A stretch of 63,552 nt of DNA, the filler included, from Octopus bimaculoides (lineage: Eukaryota), in the NCBI RefSeq assembly GCF_001194135.2. It is 5 parts of 5 records of this genome, joined end to end, with 100 filler letters (N's around TTAATTAATTAA, not from the genome) between each part and the next. Parts side by side here need not be neighbours in the genome. Positions count along the whole stretch, not along the records: positions 1 to 18,546 come from NC_068983.1; positions 18,647 to 44,847 come from NC_068989.1; 3 more parts are not named here. One strand, 5' to 3'. A program made the position numbers and the translations under genes. Below the pieces are notes generated by a model that was given only the letters and a program-made list of their open reading frames with translations, was not told where the DNA came from and did not search any database. Positions 11,172-25,452 of this stretch are shown piece after piece (the stretch's first letter is position 1; each line of letters starts with the position of its first letter).

Positions 11172-14100
11172 NNNNNNNNNNNNNNNNNNNNNNNNNNNNN
11201 NNNNNNNNNNNNNNNNNNNNNNNNNNNNNNNNNNNNNNNNNNNNNNNNNNNNNNNNNNNNNNNNNNNNNNNNNNNNNNNNNNNNNNNNNNNNNNNNNNNN
11301 NNNNNNNNNNNNNNNNNNNNNNNNNNNNNNNNNNNNNNNNNNNNNNNNNNNNNNNNNNNNNNNNNNNNNNNNNNNNNNNNNNNNNNNNNNNNNNNNNNNN
11401 NNNNNNNNNNNNNNNNNNNNNNNNNNNNNNNNNNNNNNNNNNNNNNNNNNNNNNNNNNNNNNNNNNNNNNNNNNNNNNNNNNNNNNNNNNTATATATATA
11501 CGTATATGTATATTAATACGTAAGTCAATATATATGTCCATATATAGAGAGACACACATAGATAATAGATAGATAAGTACAGATACATATAATATATTTA
11601 TACATATATATGTGTATATATGCATATATGCTTAAATGTATCTAGGTATATATATGTTATATACCGTTTCATGCACATATAGGTATATGTATGTAGGTAT
11701 GTATGTATGTATGTATGTATGTATGTATGTATGTATGTAGGTATGTATGTATGAATGTATTAGTATAAAGTGACCTTTGCATCAGTGATTCACACAATGA
11801 CATACAAACAATGAAAATACACCAAGCAGTCACATTTCTTATCTCCGTGCCCTTTTGAGATTACATTTGATAATATTTTGGCACTGTCTAGTAACAATTT
11901 GCCAAAGATTGTCTTTCGCTTGTAAGGAGAGAGATAATTAATGATCTTGAAGTTGAAGAAGAAGCACTGTGTACTGAACTTTGTCAAATATATGCAGTTA
12001 TATGTAGACACATACCACAAATATAAGTATACAAAAGTGTTTACACACACATACACACAAACACGGACAAATATGTATAGATAGGTAAATATATAAATAC
12101 ATACTCAGTTATACACGTGTTTATATATGTGTACATGTATATTTAATGTGTTCGTGTGTGAATATATGTATATGCGTATATGCGTGTTTGTGCATATATG
12201 GATATTACTGATTGTTTCGTTTCCGTTTATTTTCTGTGCTAAAGGACGTTCAAAATGAATTAGTTTTTAATGGAGTTGTATCTTGGTTGTATTTCGATAT
12301 ACAAGGAAGCATTTCTTTCGACTTATTCCTTGGAGATGTTTTGCACCTTTACGTAGAGCTTACAATTATTCTTTATGCACTATTTGCACACATTTGTTTC
12401 GCTATGATCATAATTCTTAATGTATTCTTCTGTGACTGGAATGAAATATTTGTTTCACATTTTAACCTGGGCCAGGGATTACACTGGGAGCTTATCAGTT
12501 GAGTACATGACTGGTAATTTTATTTATCGTCCCCGAAATGATGAAATGCAATGCTGACTTCAGTTGGACTTAAGGTCAGAATCTAAAAAGTCCACGATCA
12601 TGCCAGTAGGCCGCTTCAGTCTGCGAGGAAGTAACCACAGATTAACATTTTGTGCACATTTTTGATCAGACTATACTAAATACGAGTATTTGTCTCCCGT
12701 TTAACCCTAATTTAGATAATTGTTATTACGGCGTTCTATCCGTGATATGTTCACATTTTACTTTGCATACTCTTTATCTGACACCACTTCACTAAAACTG
12801 AAAATCGCTTTGTATATTCTCTTCAAAGAAAGTTTAGTCGCTAATTCTTATTTGTCAAACCAGAGTATAAAGGTTCTCTCATTTACTTCTGGTGCATCTT
12901 TTGTAATATCATGAGCGTTTAGTTTTTTTTTTTTCAGTCATATAGATTTCTCTAATTAATTCAATTTTCTCCTCTGTGATTCTTCGTGTCTATTATATAA
13001 CGTATATCACGACTTGGTAATTCTTGATTCTTCCTCTCTTCACTTCTAACACGCATCATATATCAAATCTAAGTCGTTAGATTACCTTGAGATAAGTTTT
13101 TTCACACTGAGGACCACCACCGGCAGTCTCAACTGAAGAAGGTCCGCTTTATTAAAACCTATTTTTATGAATATCTAATAACGTTTACATCATTGCCAAA
13201 AATGGCTGTAATTTTGGTTGCGTATATTGATATCATCTCTGTTATTCTAATTTCATTTAATGAGATTTTCATATCTGCTATGAAATAGATTGCAAGTCTT
13301 TGAGAAGTGAGTTTCAATAACATATTTGCAACTATCATGAACACAACATAAAACCAGTTAGAAAATACAAAGAATGCCAAAACTGTACGAAAATGTTATT
13401 AGCTATCAAGAAATATAAAAGTTAAAATTAAATATGTTTTATGCTTAATTAGAAATATAGTTTACAAAGACTTTTATTAGAAGGTGAAAAGAATTGAAAG
13501 CAGGAGAAAGGTCATTAAATTGTGGTTAGATTATATCAAAAATCAGAAAGACTTAAAGTAGCTATATCTGGCCAAAATATTCTGCTACTTTCATGATCAA
13601 ACTGGTCAGATCCAACTTCTCACACGTGCTCTGCAATATCATTCTAATAATAAACAAACGCGTCATCAAAATCTTGAAGCCACGGGATTTAAAAAAAATA
13701 CGATGTGAATAGATAAGCATTACATTTAACAGCTTAATCTGAATACTTCAGGGTTAAACACACTGAAGGGTTAAACACACAAGAAAGACAGAGATGGAGA
13801 TTCGCGGTATTCGACCTGCCGAGGGTGGAGGATATCGCATGGTAATATGCATATGGTGGGAAATTCTTTAGTTTATGTCTCGTCGTTGCAACCAACTTAC
13901 TGGACATTTAAATTTTCTTAAAAATAAAAAAAATTATGGAAGCAGATTAAACTTATTTTGAAGTAATTTTAATCTGAAGCCATGTTTTGGAAACTGGTGT
14001 TAAAGAATTTATATATTCGTGTATGTCACTGAATTTGTGTGATAAATGTGCCCAACATTCAGGAGAATATAGCAGAAAACAAGTCGTGAACAAAAATCGA

Positions 14101-15299
14101 TGTGTGGTTGTAGTCTTATATATGAACCTTCTAAATTATATCATATATGTTATTCGTCACTAAACTTCCATTAATATTCTATAATACAAACATTTGACTG
14201 CTTACCTATTTTTCAGACATCTTTATATTTTTTATTTCATCTACAGATTTAAACAATAGTCAATCCTGAAAATACCGCATGTACAATGATTTCTTATGCA
14301 CTAATCACTTTTTATTTTGCATTTATTTTAGACTCTATTCAGAGTAGACCTATTTGGAAGATATAGTAAAGCATTATATTTTTCTTATTTTTTGAACATC
14401 GAAAAATAAAAATAGTTGCTTATAATATCATTATTATAATTTCTTTGAATTTATCCCTGAAAATATTAAACCAAGTTCATATATATCTTCTTCCCTTTTA
14501 TGTTATATGTCACTGACAGAATAAATAGCCTCTCGATTAGAATAGAGGATTATACATATCTAACAGAGGACTGTCCATTCTGATGAGATATTCATTATTG
14601 GATTGTGTTTACTGTCATGCACAAATATTTATTTAAATCATTATTGTCCGTGTCAGAAATATACTTATAGACTTAGCACTCGTATCTGGCATATTACATA
14701 ACAAATTGATAAAATCTCATTCTGGCTTTCAAATGTAGTCGACAAATCCATTCGATATTAGATTGGACAGTAGAAACCTCCTGCTGAGATAGTGATTGAT
14801 GCCATCTGTTCATCAAAAGTCTATATCATAGGTAGGCAGCTGCTAGCAATAGACTGAATTAATATTTCAGATGAATCATTGAAGTTAAGGGTCGAATAAC
14901 AACTTATAGTTGAGATATGAAATTAAGAAAAATGCACATATACTCCAGATGAGGGTGACGTAAGTGTTTAGTAGTAAGCATTAGAGCAAAACCAAAATGG
15001 AGACGAAGTGCTAAAAGTAAGAGAATTAAGAGTATGTTGGCTGTCACCGGAGATTGTGAATATTATGAAAGTTATTAACGTCATAATAAACAATTGATAT
15101 ATTAGCTATTGAAACCAGCACTTTAGAGGATAACCTTGAGTAAATGAAAATGCCAAAATAAGGGATTTGAAAGAATGACTGCTTTATAATTCAATCACAT
15201 GAGGATAGAATATAATGAAAATGATAGTGAATATGAGAAAGAAAAATGGAAGTCGAATAAATGTGGAGGAGTAAAATGACAGGGAGGGAGAAGGTAAGA

Positions 15300-16440
15300 A
15301 TGGCAGATGTGTTGAAAGGATATCTATAGAGTGTGGGCTTTTGGAAAATTAGTTTCTAAAGAGAGAGAGAGAGAGAGAGAGAGGGGGGGAGAGAGGGAGA
15401 GAAAGAAAGGACATGAAGGAAAAGATATTTGAAAAATGAAAATAAATGAGAAGAAACAGAAAATTGAAATACATAGTTAATAATTCAAATGCAGTTTATT
15501 TGTGCATTTGTTAGTAAATCTGCAGGGAAGAGTTTGTACATACGATAGAGGAAAGGGAAAGAGTAAAGAGAGTGAGTGAAGTAGAAATGATTGAAATAAA
15601 GTAATAAAGTGTAAAGAAAAGAGGATTACCCGCACGTGGTAATATAAAACAATGAGATATAATCTGTGAAAAGAACATTGGAGAGATGTTGCTTTAAATT
15701 TGGAACTGAGTGATATTTCAGAAAAACGGAGATGTGAATCTGTGAATTTATGAAATGAAAGGAAGACAAAAATACGTCAAAGCGATATAATTTTCAAAAG
15801 CGTTTACTTCAGAAGGGAGATATATTCAAGCCTTGAGCAACTAATGCCACTTTACATGATTTAAATAGACTCCATTATAGAACAATGAGTTGAGAAACGA
15901 AATAACGAGGTTATAGAGCAATGCAGAAGCATTGAGATAGAAAGACGTATATAGAGTGGTAAAAGTTGAATAGAAAGATTGAAATGCAATGTATTATAGG
16001 GTTAATGAGATGGGAATTAAAAAAAGGAGAATTTGTCAGTGTATGGAGGAATAAAGTAAGAACTAGCGACAGGGAGAAATTAAATAAAAAAAAAGAAAGA
16101 ATAAAAGGAAAACAGCACGAGAGTGAATAGTATGGAAGTGTTAAGACATGAGCGATAGGTTTCATAAAAAGTGAAAGAAATAACAAAATAAATATATAAA
16201 GTGAAAGTAAAATGGGGAGGATATATAACTAAAAGATTGACGAATGAGGAATAGGAGTAAACGAGAGGAAGCTATAGATGTAGATAAATGGAAGAAAGAG
16301 AAAGAAAAATCTACATCTAGAAGGAGAATAAGAGTATATATAAGAGAAATACAGTAAATAGGAAGGAATAAAAATGAATGCAAAAGAGGAAGATTCAGAT
16401 GTAGATAAAAGGAAGAGGTTGTGGAGATGCAAGAAAAGCT
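15300..16440. repeat. Purine-rich (A/G) low-complexity tract
   Basis: Strong strand asymmetry with decayed GA/GAA repeats. The minus-strand F/L/S-rich ORFs are a by-product. Confidence 0.75.
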
Positions 16441-17406
16441 GAATGATCGAATGATGTAGCAGTTGTTAATGACTTTACTGATAACTACTATTCAGGAAAC
16501 CTAATATTATCGATCTTCACTCCACATTTGACCCCTTTCTCACAATTCATATATAACACATTTATCGTACTTTAATACTTTTGCAAACGTAACTGACAGG
16601 ATGACCTTCCTAATAATAATAGATTGGCTTCTAGAGCTAAAGGATAACAACGACAGAATCAGAAAGGCTTGCAGATATTTCAATCAGAATTGAATTTGCT
16701 GTTGATGTTCTTATCATTGTTGTTGATGATGTTCTTGTTCACGATAGTAGTATTGTTGCTGCTATTGTGGCTTAGATGTTGCTTAGCCCCGTAGATTTAG
16801 TTGGAGATGACCTGAGTCAACTTGAAGTCAATCAAATGATTCTGGCTGTGATCTATAAATTCAACTCATCGGAATTGTTTATCTGTTTATATTTAGGAGA
16901 AGGATCTCTTATCACAACCCTTCTCGTAGCCATTGTGGTATTACGCAGCGGCAGGTCAAGTGATGGTGGCGATGATTAAAGCAACAAACTTGGCATGCGA
17001 ACTGGTCATACCAGCCTGTTGCCAATTATTCATGTTGCTTGCACAACCCACATAAAATTAGTAATGCACAGTTCACTCTTTTAATTGAATGCTTTGTGTT
17101 TTATACACAATTCTTTATTATCCACAGATATTCCATAGTGTCCAAAAGCTATGATTTTTCTTACTAGACATAAATATATTTGGCCTAGGACTGAGCATTC
17201 AAAACATTATCCAATCACGCAATAATTCTACGCTATTTCATGTATCTTATTTCTTACTTCACAATTACAGTAGTAACTATAAACTCATTGAATTGAATTT
17301 TAACATATGAGCGCGTGTGTGTTTCTACGTTTGATGCAAGAAGCGACAAAACAACCATCAAGTGATCAAAACTTAAATAAATACGTAAATACATTTGCGT
17401 CTGTGT

Positions 17407-17447
<41 letters not shown>

Positions 17448-17585
17448 ATATACATATACAAATCATACACACAACACACACACACGCACACACTCAAACG
17501 CATATATATATATATATATATTATNNNNNNNNNNACACATATATACATACATATATATATATATACACATTCACACACACATACA

Positions 17586-17945
17586 TGGCTGTATGGTCAG
17601 AAGCTTGCTTCCCAACCTAATGGTTCCCGGTTCTATCCCACTGCGTGGCACCTTGGACTTGTGCCTTCTACTGTAGCGTCGGGCCGACCAGATCCTTGTG
17701 AGTGGATCTGTTTTACGGAAACTGAAAGAAGCCCACCATCTATGAATGCGTGCGTGCGTGTGCTTGTGTCTGCTTGATAACCGTTGTTGGTGTGTTTATG
17801 TTTCCGTGACTTAGCGGTTCGGCAAAAAATTCCGATACAATAAATACTAAGCTTACATAGAATATGTCCTGTGGCCGGTTTCTTCCACTAAAACTCTTTA
17901 ATGCGGTGCTCCAGCGACTGCAGTCAAATGAGTGAAACAAGTAAA
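17586..17945 (+). mobile_element. Composite SINE (head C + short microsatellite + tail B)
   Basis: tggctgtatggtcag...ggttctatcccactgcgtggcaccttgg...ggaaactgaaagaagccc, then (GCGT)n, then ttagcggttcggcaaaa...gcggtgctccagc...gaaacaagtaaaa. Confidence 0.88.
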
Positions 17946-18428
17946 ATAGTATATAAATATATATGTATATATCAGAATAAATTACGTAACAATCTTCTCC
18001 AACTACAGCTCTCATATTCGGTTAAAATGTCTTACGTTTAAGCTGGCTCTCATGCATTTCCCTGAAGAGAAGATTACATTCATATCAATATCACCTATTC
18101 CTATGGAAGGTATAATTTGTAACCTTCGAAACATATGTTGGAAATAAAAGTATTCAGTTAACATATGCGTTTTACTCCATTTACTAAATTTATATATATA
18201 TTTTTACTCTCGAGCGACAGTAAAAATCAGTCAATAGACTATGTATTATTCATTTAAAATACAGAGATGCCTATAATAGGAATCTGACCCGCTAGAAAGA
18301 GTAGCAAAAGACTACATACCACAAAAATAGGGATAATTTCGAAAGGGAATGAAAAATAAAAACATTTACCAATCTATATTCTCATTATTTACATTTGACG
18401 GATATTTGTCCTCATCTTGTTTGTTGTT

Positions 18429-18472
18429 AACACAACGTTTCGGCTGATATACCCTCCAGCCTTCGTCAGGTG
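18429..18472 (-). ncRNA. Minimal type I hammerhead-ribozyme-like motif in a Penelope-like repeat end
   Basis: CAC-CUGACGA-A-GGCUG(gagggUAUAU)CAGCC-GAA-ACGU-U-GUG: intact core, 5-bp helix II, palindromic helix III, only 3-bp helix I. Confidence 0.6.
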
Positions 18473-18590
18473 ACTCGGGGAAATTTCGAACCTGGGTTCT
18501 CATTCCTAACGATGTTACTATTATTATATTATTATTATTATTATTANNNNNNNNNNNNNNNNNNNNNNNNNNNNNNNNNNNNNNNNNNNN

Positions 18591-18602
18591 TTAATTAATT
18601 AA
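18591..18602. other. Assembly linker TTAATTAATTAA inside a gap (also 44892-44903, 59807-59818, 62385-62396)
   Basis: An identical 12-mer sits between about 44 N on each side four times. It is a stop-in-six-frames spacer, not biological sequence. Confidence 0.9.
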
Positions 18603-19467
18603 NNNNNNNNNNNNNNNNNNNNNNNNNNNNNNNNNNNNNNNNNNNNATATATATATATATATACACGATAAACGTATGGTAATAAAGGTAATGGTAATAT
18701 TATTTATATAGGAAAATGATGCTTGTGTGTACTAGTAAGAGATCAAGTGTTTAACAATATACAAAGGTGATAAATGTTCTGTTGGTCTAAAGAGAGAGAG
18801 TGTGTGTGTTATTAAATGAAATGGAAATTAGAAGGGGAAAATTGAAGAATTAATGGAGTTAAAAAATTACTTGTTTGAACTAAGTTAATATTTGTACCAA
18901 AATTTACTTCGATATCCACGCTCGATAGGTGTTGGTGCAAGGATATACTTATTAATAAAATTAAGTAAAGGGTTCTATTTTGTGTAGAGCAGTATGTTAT
19001 ACGTAACAAAGTTTGGAAAAAATATATATTTATATAATTTTTTGAAGGGAGATGGATGTAAGAAGGAGCAATGAAATCAAAAGTATAAAGTTATGGAGAC
19101 ACATCGTATTGATCATTGTTGAAAGTAATGTTGATGTTATGTTATACTGCATGTTATATAGAAGTGCTGGATGTCCTATTTTGGATTCAAAATATAGAAA
19201 GTGTTCAGATAACATATAATGGTATAATTAACTTGTACAGCTTGTATAACACCATTGCTTGACAACAGATGTTGGTGTGAAGTAGTTGTATGCTGTGAAC
19301 TTAATGTGACAGTCCCCTACATAAATCTCTCTGAGAGATTTAGAAATGTATTATTTCCAAAGATGTTGGTGTGTTTACTCATAAAGTTCCAGGCTTACGA
19401 AGAATAAGTCCTGGGGTCGATTTCTTCGACTAAAAAACGCTTTAAGGCTCTGCTCTAGCACACACAA

Positions 19468-19654
<187 letters not shown>

Positions 19655-20127
19655 TCCTGGGTATGATATTAAACATCATCCATTTATTATTTCGTTCTTT
19701 TGCATTTCAATTTGTACATTAAGGTTCTTTGAATATGTACAATGTATTCTAAGGTTAAATAGTAATTCCGTTTACGCTTGTACACTGAGATATTTTGGTT
19801 GGATTATATAGTCATTGGTGTTACATTACTTTCTATATTCTGTAACTGTCACAATATACTTTTCTAGGCATGGATTTTTTTTGTGGGGAGGGGGCTAGTT
19901 GTTTAGATCGACCCCAGTACACAACTGATACTTAATTTATCGGCCCCGAAAGCACGAAAGGTGAAGTCGATCTCGGCAGAATTTGAACTCAGAACGTAGA
20001 CAGACAGTCATAATATACAAACATGTCTCATGGCACCAGTACACTGTTTATAGATGGTTACATTTCTTATGTTTTCCGTGAATTTTCACGGGTCCAGCTC
20101 GTAAATATCATTATAAATATTATTACA

Positions 20128-20172
<45 letters not shown>

Positions 20173-20246
20173 NNNNNNNNNNNNNNNNNNNNNNNNNNNN
20201 NNNNNNNNNNNNNNNNNNNNNNNNNNNNNNNNNNNNNNNNNNNNNN

Positions 20247-20283
<37 letters not shown>

Positions 20284-20446
20284 TACAACGGTCCTCTATC
20301 AGTTTCCGTTCACAAATCCACTCTCAAGGACTTAGTTGGCCCGAGGCTATAGCAGAAGATACTTGCTCAAGGTAATACTGAATAGGGCTGAACCCAGAGC
20401 CATGTAATTAGGAAGCAAGCTTCTCACCACACAGCCACGCCTGCGC
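20284..20446 (-). mobile_element. SINE head C
   Basis: Same sequence family as 9003-9168, more diverged. Confidence 0.85.
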
Positions 20447-20528
<82 letters not shown>

Positions 20529-22196
20529 NNNNNNNNNNNNNNNNNNNNNNNNNNNNNNNNNNNNNNNNNNNNNNNNNNNNNNNNNNNNNNNNNNNNNNNN
20601 NNNNNNNNNNNNNNNNNNNNNNNNNNNNNNNNNNNNNNNNNNNNNNNNNNNNNNNNNNNNNNNNNNNNNNNNNNNNNNNNNNNNNNNNNNNNNNNNNNNN
20701 NNNNNNNNNNNNNNNNNNNNNNNNNNNNNNNNNNNNNNNNNNNNNNNNNNNNNNNNNNNNNNNNNNNNNNNNNNNNNNNNNNNNNNNNNNNNNNNNNNNN
20801 NNNNNNNNNNNNNNNNNNNNNNNNNNNNNNNNNNNNNNNNNNNNNNNNNNNNNNNNNNNNNNNNNNNNNNNNNNNNNNNNNNNNNNNNNNNNNNNNNNNN
20901 NNNNNNNNNNNNNNNNNNNNNNNNNNNNNNNNNNNNNNNNNNNNNNNNNNNNNNNNNNNNNNNNNNNNNNNNNNNNNNNNNNNNNNNNNNNNNNNNNNNN
21001 NNNNNNNNNNNNNNNNNNNNNNNNNNNNNNNNNNNNNNNNNNNNNNNNNNNNNNNNNNNNNNNNNNNNNNNNNNNNNNNNNNNNNNNNNNNNNNNNNNNN
21101 NNNNNNNNNNNNNNNNNNNNNNNNNNNNNNNNNNNNNNNNNNNNNNNNNNNNNNNNNNNNNNNNNNNNNNNNNNNNNNNNNNNNNNNNNNNNNNNNNNNN
21201 NNNNNNNNNNNNNNNNNNNNNNNNNNNNNNNNNNNNNNNNNNNNNNNNNNNNNNNNNNNNNNNNNNNNNNNNNNNNNNNNNNNNNNNNNNNNNNNNNNNN
21301 NNNNNNNNNNNNNNNNNNNTATATATATATATATATATATGACAAAAAAAAAAGATTACAAGTAATACCATGTTATAAAATAAATAGGATATATAGACTA
21401 GATAACTAATTCTGTTTGTTTTTTTTTTAATCAAGCGTGACAGCCTAGAAAATTTTTAAATAATGATTTCTCATTTCGGCACAAAGCTAACAATTTGTTG
21501 GGTGGGACAAGTGGATTAAAGCGGCCCAGTACATTACTGGTGCTTTATTTTATCGACCCAGTAAGGATGAACTCAGAACGTAATGGGTCATAACTCTATG
21601 CTGCAAGGCACGTTGCCCGATGCTTAGACACAAGGCCAGCAATTTAAAAGGAAGGAGTAAGTCAATTAAACTGACTCCTGTTACTAGTACAAAACAGCAA
21701 ACTCTGGGGAATTCATTATTTCGACTGACCTGGAGTGTTCGATTTGTTTTCATAACGCATGGAAGAAAAATATTTATCCACTGTTATGTAGCCAACGTTC
21801 ATTCGACTAAGCCTTCAACATTTTATGGCATTGATAACCTTCAGCCCTAAGAAGATCAATCATTTCGAGACGCAACACACTTGCTTCAGGACACGTAGAA
21901 AACAAGGAAATTGCTGTCAGAAAATATGCTTTACAACCAGCCAAAGTTTATAAAAACTTGAGGCTGGACAACTGCCCCGGACTTTAACATACGCGTGAGT
22001 TTACTGCTGCTCCACACTGTAGTCAACAAATCTTCAATTTCAATTTCTGTACGATTTCTCTACGAATCACCAACACAAATTCCACGCAAACTAAGAACTT
22101 CAACGACGAACTGTTTACAGGACAAGCTTTTTATGGAATAAGGATTTAACATCAACACGACTCAAGTAATTTCTCTGAACTTTTTTTCATAATATT

Positions 22197-24080
22197 ATGG
22201 CAGACTATTTCGTGGTGCGACGTATGGAAATTATTCTATAGAAGATAAGCAAGCACTTGCTATCGTGGTGAACAAATGCAAAGAGGAGTATGATTCTAAA
22301 TTAGATCGAATGAAAGGGAAAACTCATTGGAATGCTAAAAGGAAACGCCACGTCCCAGACACTCCGGGCTATGTCACCAAAGCAGTTCGTTTGTTTTACT
22401 CGAATTTCGCCAGTGGTAAAAACTCTGATCGACTATTTGATTCTGCAGTTAAAGTAGCCAAACGCTGCTATGAAAAATATCTGAAAGGCGAACTTGACAG
22501 CACTGAAAAAAAAATCCAAAGAGACGTTTCAGAGTCGCTGGAAGAGGTTGTAAAACAGAAGCACTGGACATGAGAGACGCTTTGTTTGAATGGCTTGTTG
22601 ATGTTAAAACATCGCTGAATGCGAGATTATCACAAGCTCTTTTCTTATTACAAGCTGAAAAATTTTATGAGTGGATTTGCCAACACCCAGACACACCAAC
22701 CGAGGAAAATCTTTGTTCTTCAAAAAGCTGGGTGAAAGTTTGGCAAACACATTTCAATCTCCAAAGAGCAATGTATTGAACGCATTCAGGATTGTTTGAA
22801 GAACATATGGAGTGTGCATCTTTATTTCCTTGACAAATTTGGCGTAGATCCTCCTATTATCAATGGAAATTAAATGCCCTTGCAACGGAATGAAAGTAGC
22901 GGACAGGCTACCTCATCATTCAGAAATCAAGATACGTTCATCAAAGAAAACCATTTGTCTAGGGAACGTATCACAGTGTTCACTCAGGTTAGCAATGATA
23001 CCAAAATCAGTCTTATCCAAGAGTTTGTATTTAAGGGAACTGGAAAAAGACTATCACTGCTGAATGCCCTGCCTACAATAAAATATTAATGGTCTCCTAA
23101 AGGTTCTTATAGATTAGAACAGCTGCTCTGTACTTTTGAAAACCTTCCAATCCGATTCAATATGTTTTCGCATGCAAACTTTGCTATTCATGTGCTCGAT
23201 GATTACATGGTGCACCCTCTGGAAAAGGGGTTATGCGCTAGTCATCACTGGCAGTGGTATCACCGGATTTGTTCAAGTTGACGACACGCACTCGCACAAA
23301 CAATTGAAAGCAAAATATCGTGAAATAGAAAGAACAAAGATGCTAGCTGGAAAAGTTACCTGAAACTCCAAATAAAATAACCACACCCAATCGATCCGAA
23401 ATGATGCAGATGCTACATCAAGCACATGCAGATTGCAAGATTGATGTCGAAGCTGCTTTCAAGTGGACGTGGGCCACAGACGCTTTCGATGGCTCTGAAG
23501 ATTATAAGGTATTAGACCGAATCATGCACCTCGTCGGTCAGTCGATGCGAAAGTTTCGTCTAGAGATTATGTCAAAACCCTGCCCAAATACTATTCAGAG
23601 AGTCATTAAGACCTTAATTCCACCGAAATTGGTCAAGCGTGCAAACAATATTGAAGGCTTAGAACTATTTGATGGTGACGACATTTAGGAAAAAGCTGTC
23701 GAAAGTGAGTCGGAAGATGAAAGCGAGCGAATCATCTGGGAATCTTTTGGAGGTGATCGACCCATCTGGAGAAATCCTCACGGATGTTTCGCAGGAGTCA
23801 AAGCACGGTCGGCCAAACATGATAACGGGAAGCTCCATCTCTCTTGTAGGAACCAGCAGTGATGATCAGATTAATAAAGATGCTCTGTTCCTTGACAAAA
23901 ATACAGGTGTTGAATGAAAACCAGACCTCCACACTTTTCTTGCCATACCGAAGCAAATTCATATCAACTGTCAGTGAAGCTCGGCGATCCGTAAAGAAGC
24001 GAATATCGAAACCGAGAAACCTACAGAAGGACAGTGACGAAAAATCACGAGGCTATCATTTATACCAATACACGGTGTGC
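22197..24080 (+). mobile_element. pogo-like (CENP-B/DDE_1-type) DNA transposon relic with a frameshifted transposase
   Basis: Successive frames read RDALFEWLVDVKTSLNARL (HTH-CENPB-like), MPLQRNES...RERITVFTQV, GITGFVQVDDTH and AFKWTWATDAFDGSED. The 3' end is ...tataccaatacacggtg. No matching 5' TIR was found. Confidence 0.8.
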
Positions 24081-24270
24081 TATGTTTTATTATGTATAGT
24101 ATAATAAATACTATAAGTTCACGAAATAATAATTATACTCTTTTCATTGTGTTTCACTTTTCTTTCTTTTTAAGATGTGTTGCTTGTATCAATATCTGTT
24201 TAGTCCACAGCATTAAAAAAAAAATCCTATAATTACCATAATTAACAAATGTCTTATTTTTATAATCCAA

Positions 24271-24605
24271 TGTGCTGGCACTCCGTCGCTTTCGACGTCG
24301 AGGGTTCCAGTTGATCCGATCAATGGAACAGCCTGCTCCTGAAATTAACGTGCAAGTGGCTGAGCACTCCACAAACACGTGTACCCTTAACGTAGTTCTC
24401 GGGGATATTCAGCGTGACACAGTGTGACAAGGCTGACCCTTTGAATTACAAGCACAACAGAAACAGGAAGTAAGAGTGAGATTAAGTTGTGGTGAAAGAG
24501 TACAGCAGGGTTCGCCACCATCCCCTGCCGGAGCCCCGTGGAGCTTTGGGTGTCTTCGCTCAATAAACACTCACAACGCCCGGTCTGGGAATCGAAACCG
24601 CGATC
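24271..24605 (-). mobile_element. SINE family F, 5' end lost in a gap
   Basis: Highly similar to 29216-29590 (ggcactccgtcg...gagggttccagttgatccgatcaa...ccatcccctgccggagcc). Confidence 0.9.
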
Positions 24606-25412
24606 CNNNNNNNNNNNNNNNNNNNNNNNNNNNNNNNNNNNNNNNNNNNNNNNNNNNNNNNNNNNNNNNNNNNNNNNNNNNNNNNNNNNNNNNNNNNNNN
24701 NNNNNNNNNNNNNNNNNNNNNNNNNNNNNNNNNNNNNNNNNNNNNNNNNNNNNNNNNNNNNNNNNNNNNNNNNNNNNNNNNNNNNNNNNNNNNNNNNNNN
24801 NNNNNNNNNNNNNNNNNNNNNNNNNNNNNNNNNNNNNNNNNNNNNNNNNNNNNNNNNNNNNNNNNNNNNNNNNNNNNNNNNNNNNNNNNNNNNNNNNNNN
24901 NNNNNNNNNNNNNNNNNNNNNNNNNNNNNNNNNNNNNNNNNNNNNNNNNNNNNNNNNNNNNNNNNNNNNNNNNNNNNNNNNNNNNNNNNNNNNNNNNNNN
25001 NNNNNNNNNNNNNNNNNNNNNNNNNNNNNNNNNNNNNNNNNNNNNNNNNNNNNNNNNNNNNNNNNNNNNNNNNNNNNNNNNNNNNNNNNNNNNNNNNNNN
25101 NNNNNNNNNNNNNNNNNNNNNNNNNNNNNNNNNNNNNNNNNNNNNNNNNNNNNNNNNNNNNNNNNNNNNNNNNNNNNNNNNNNNNNNNNNNNNNNNNNNN
25201 NNNNNNNNNNNNNNNNNNNNNNNNNNNNNNNNNNNNNNNNNNNNNNNNNNNNNNNNNNNNNNNNNNNNNNNNNNNNNNNNNNNNNNNNNNNNNNNNNNNN
25301 NNNNNNNNNNNNNNNNNNNNNNNNNNNNNNNNNNNNNNNNNNNNNNNNNNNNNNNNNNNNNNNNNNNNNNNNNNNNNNNNNNNNNNNNNNNNNNNNNNNN
25401 NNNNNNNNNNNN

Positions 25413-25452
<40 letters not shown>

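Noticed and set aside
13165-13380. Hydrophobic ORF resembling a transmembrane receptor segment
   Set aside because: AT-rich codon bias explains the F/I/L content, and there are no family motifs or supporting neighbouring exons.
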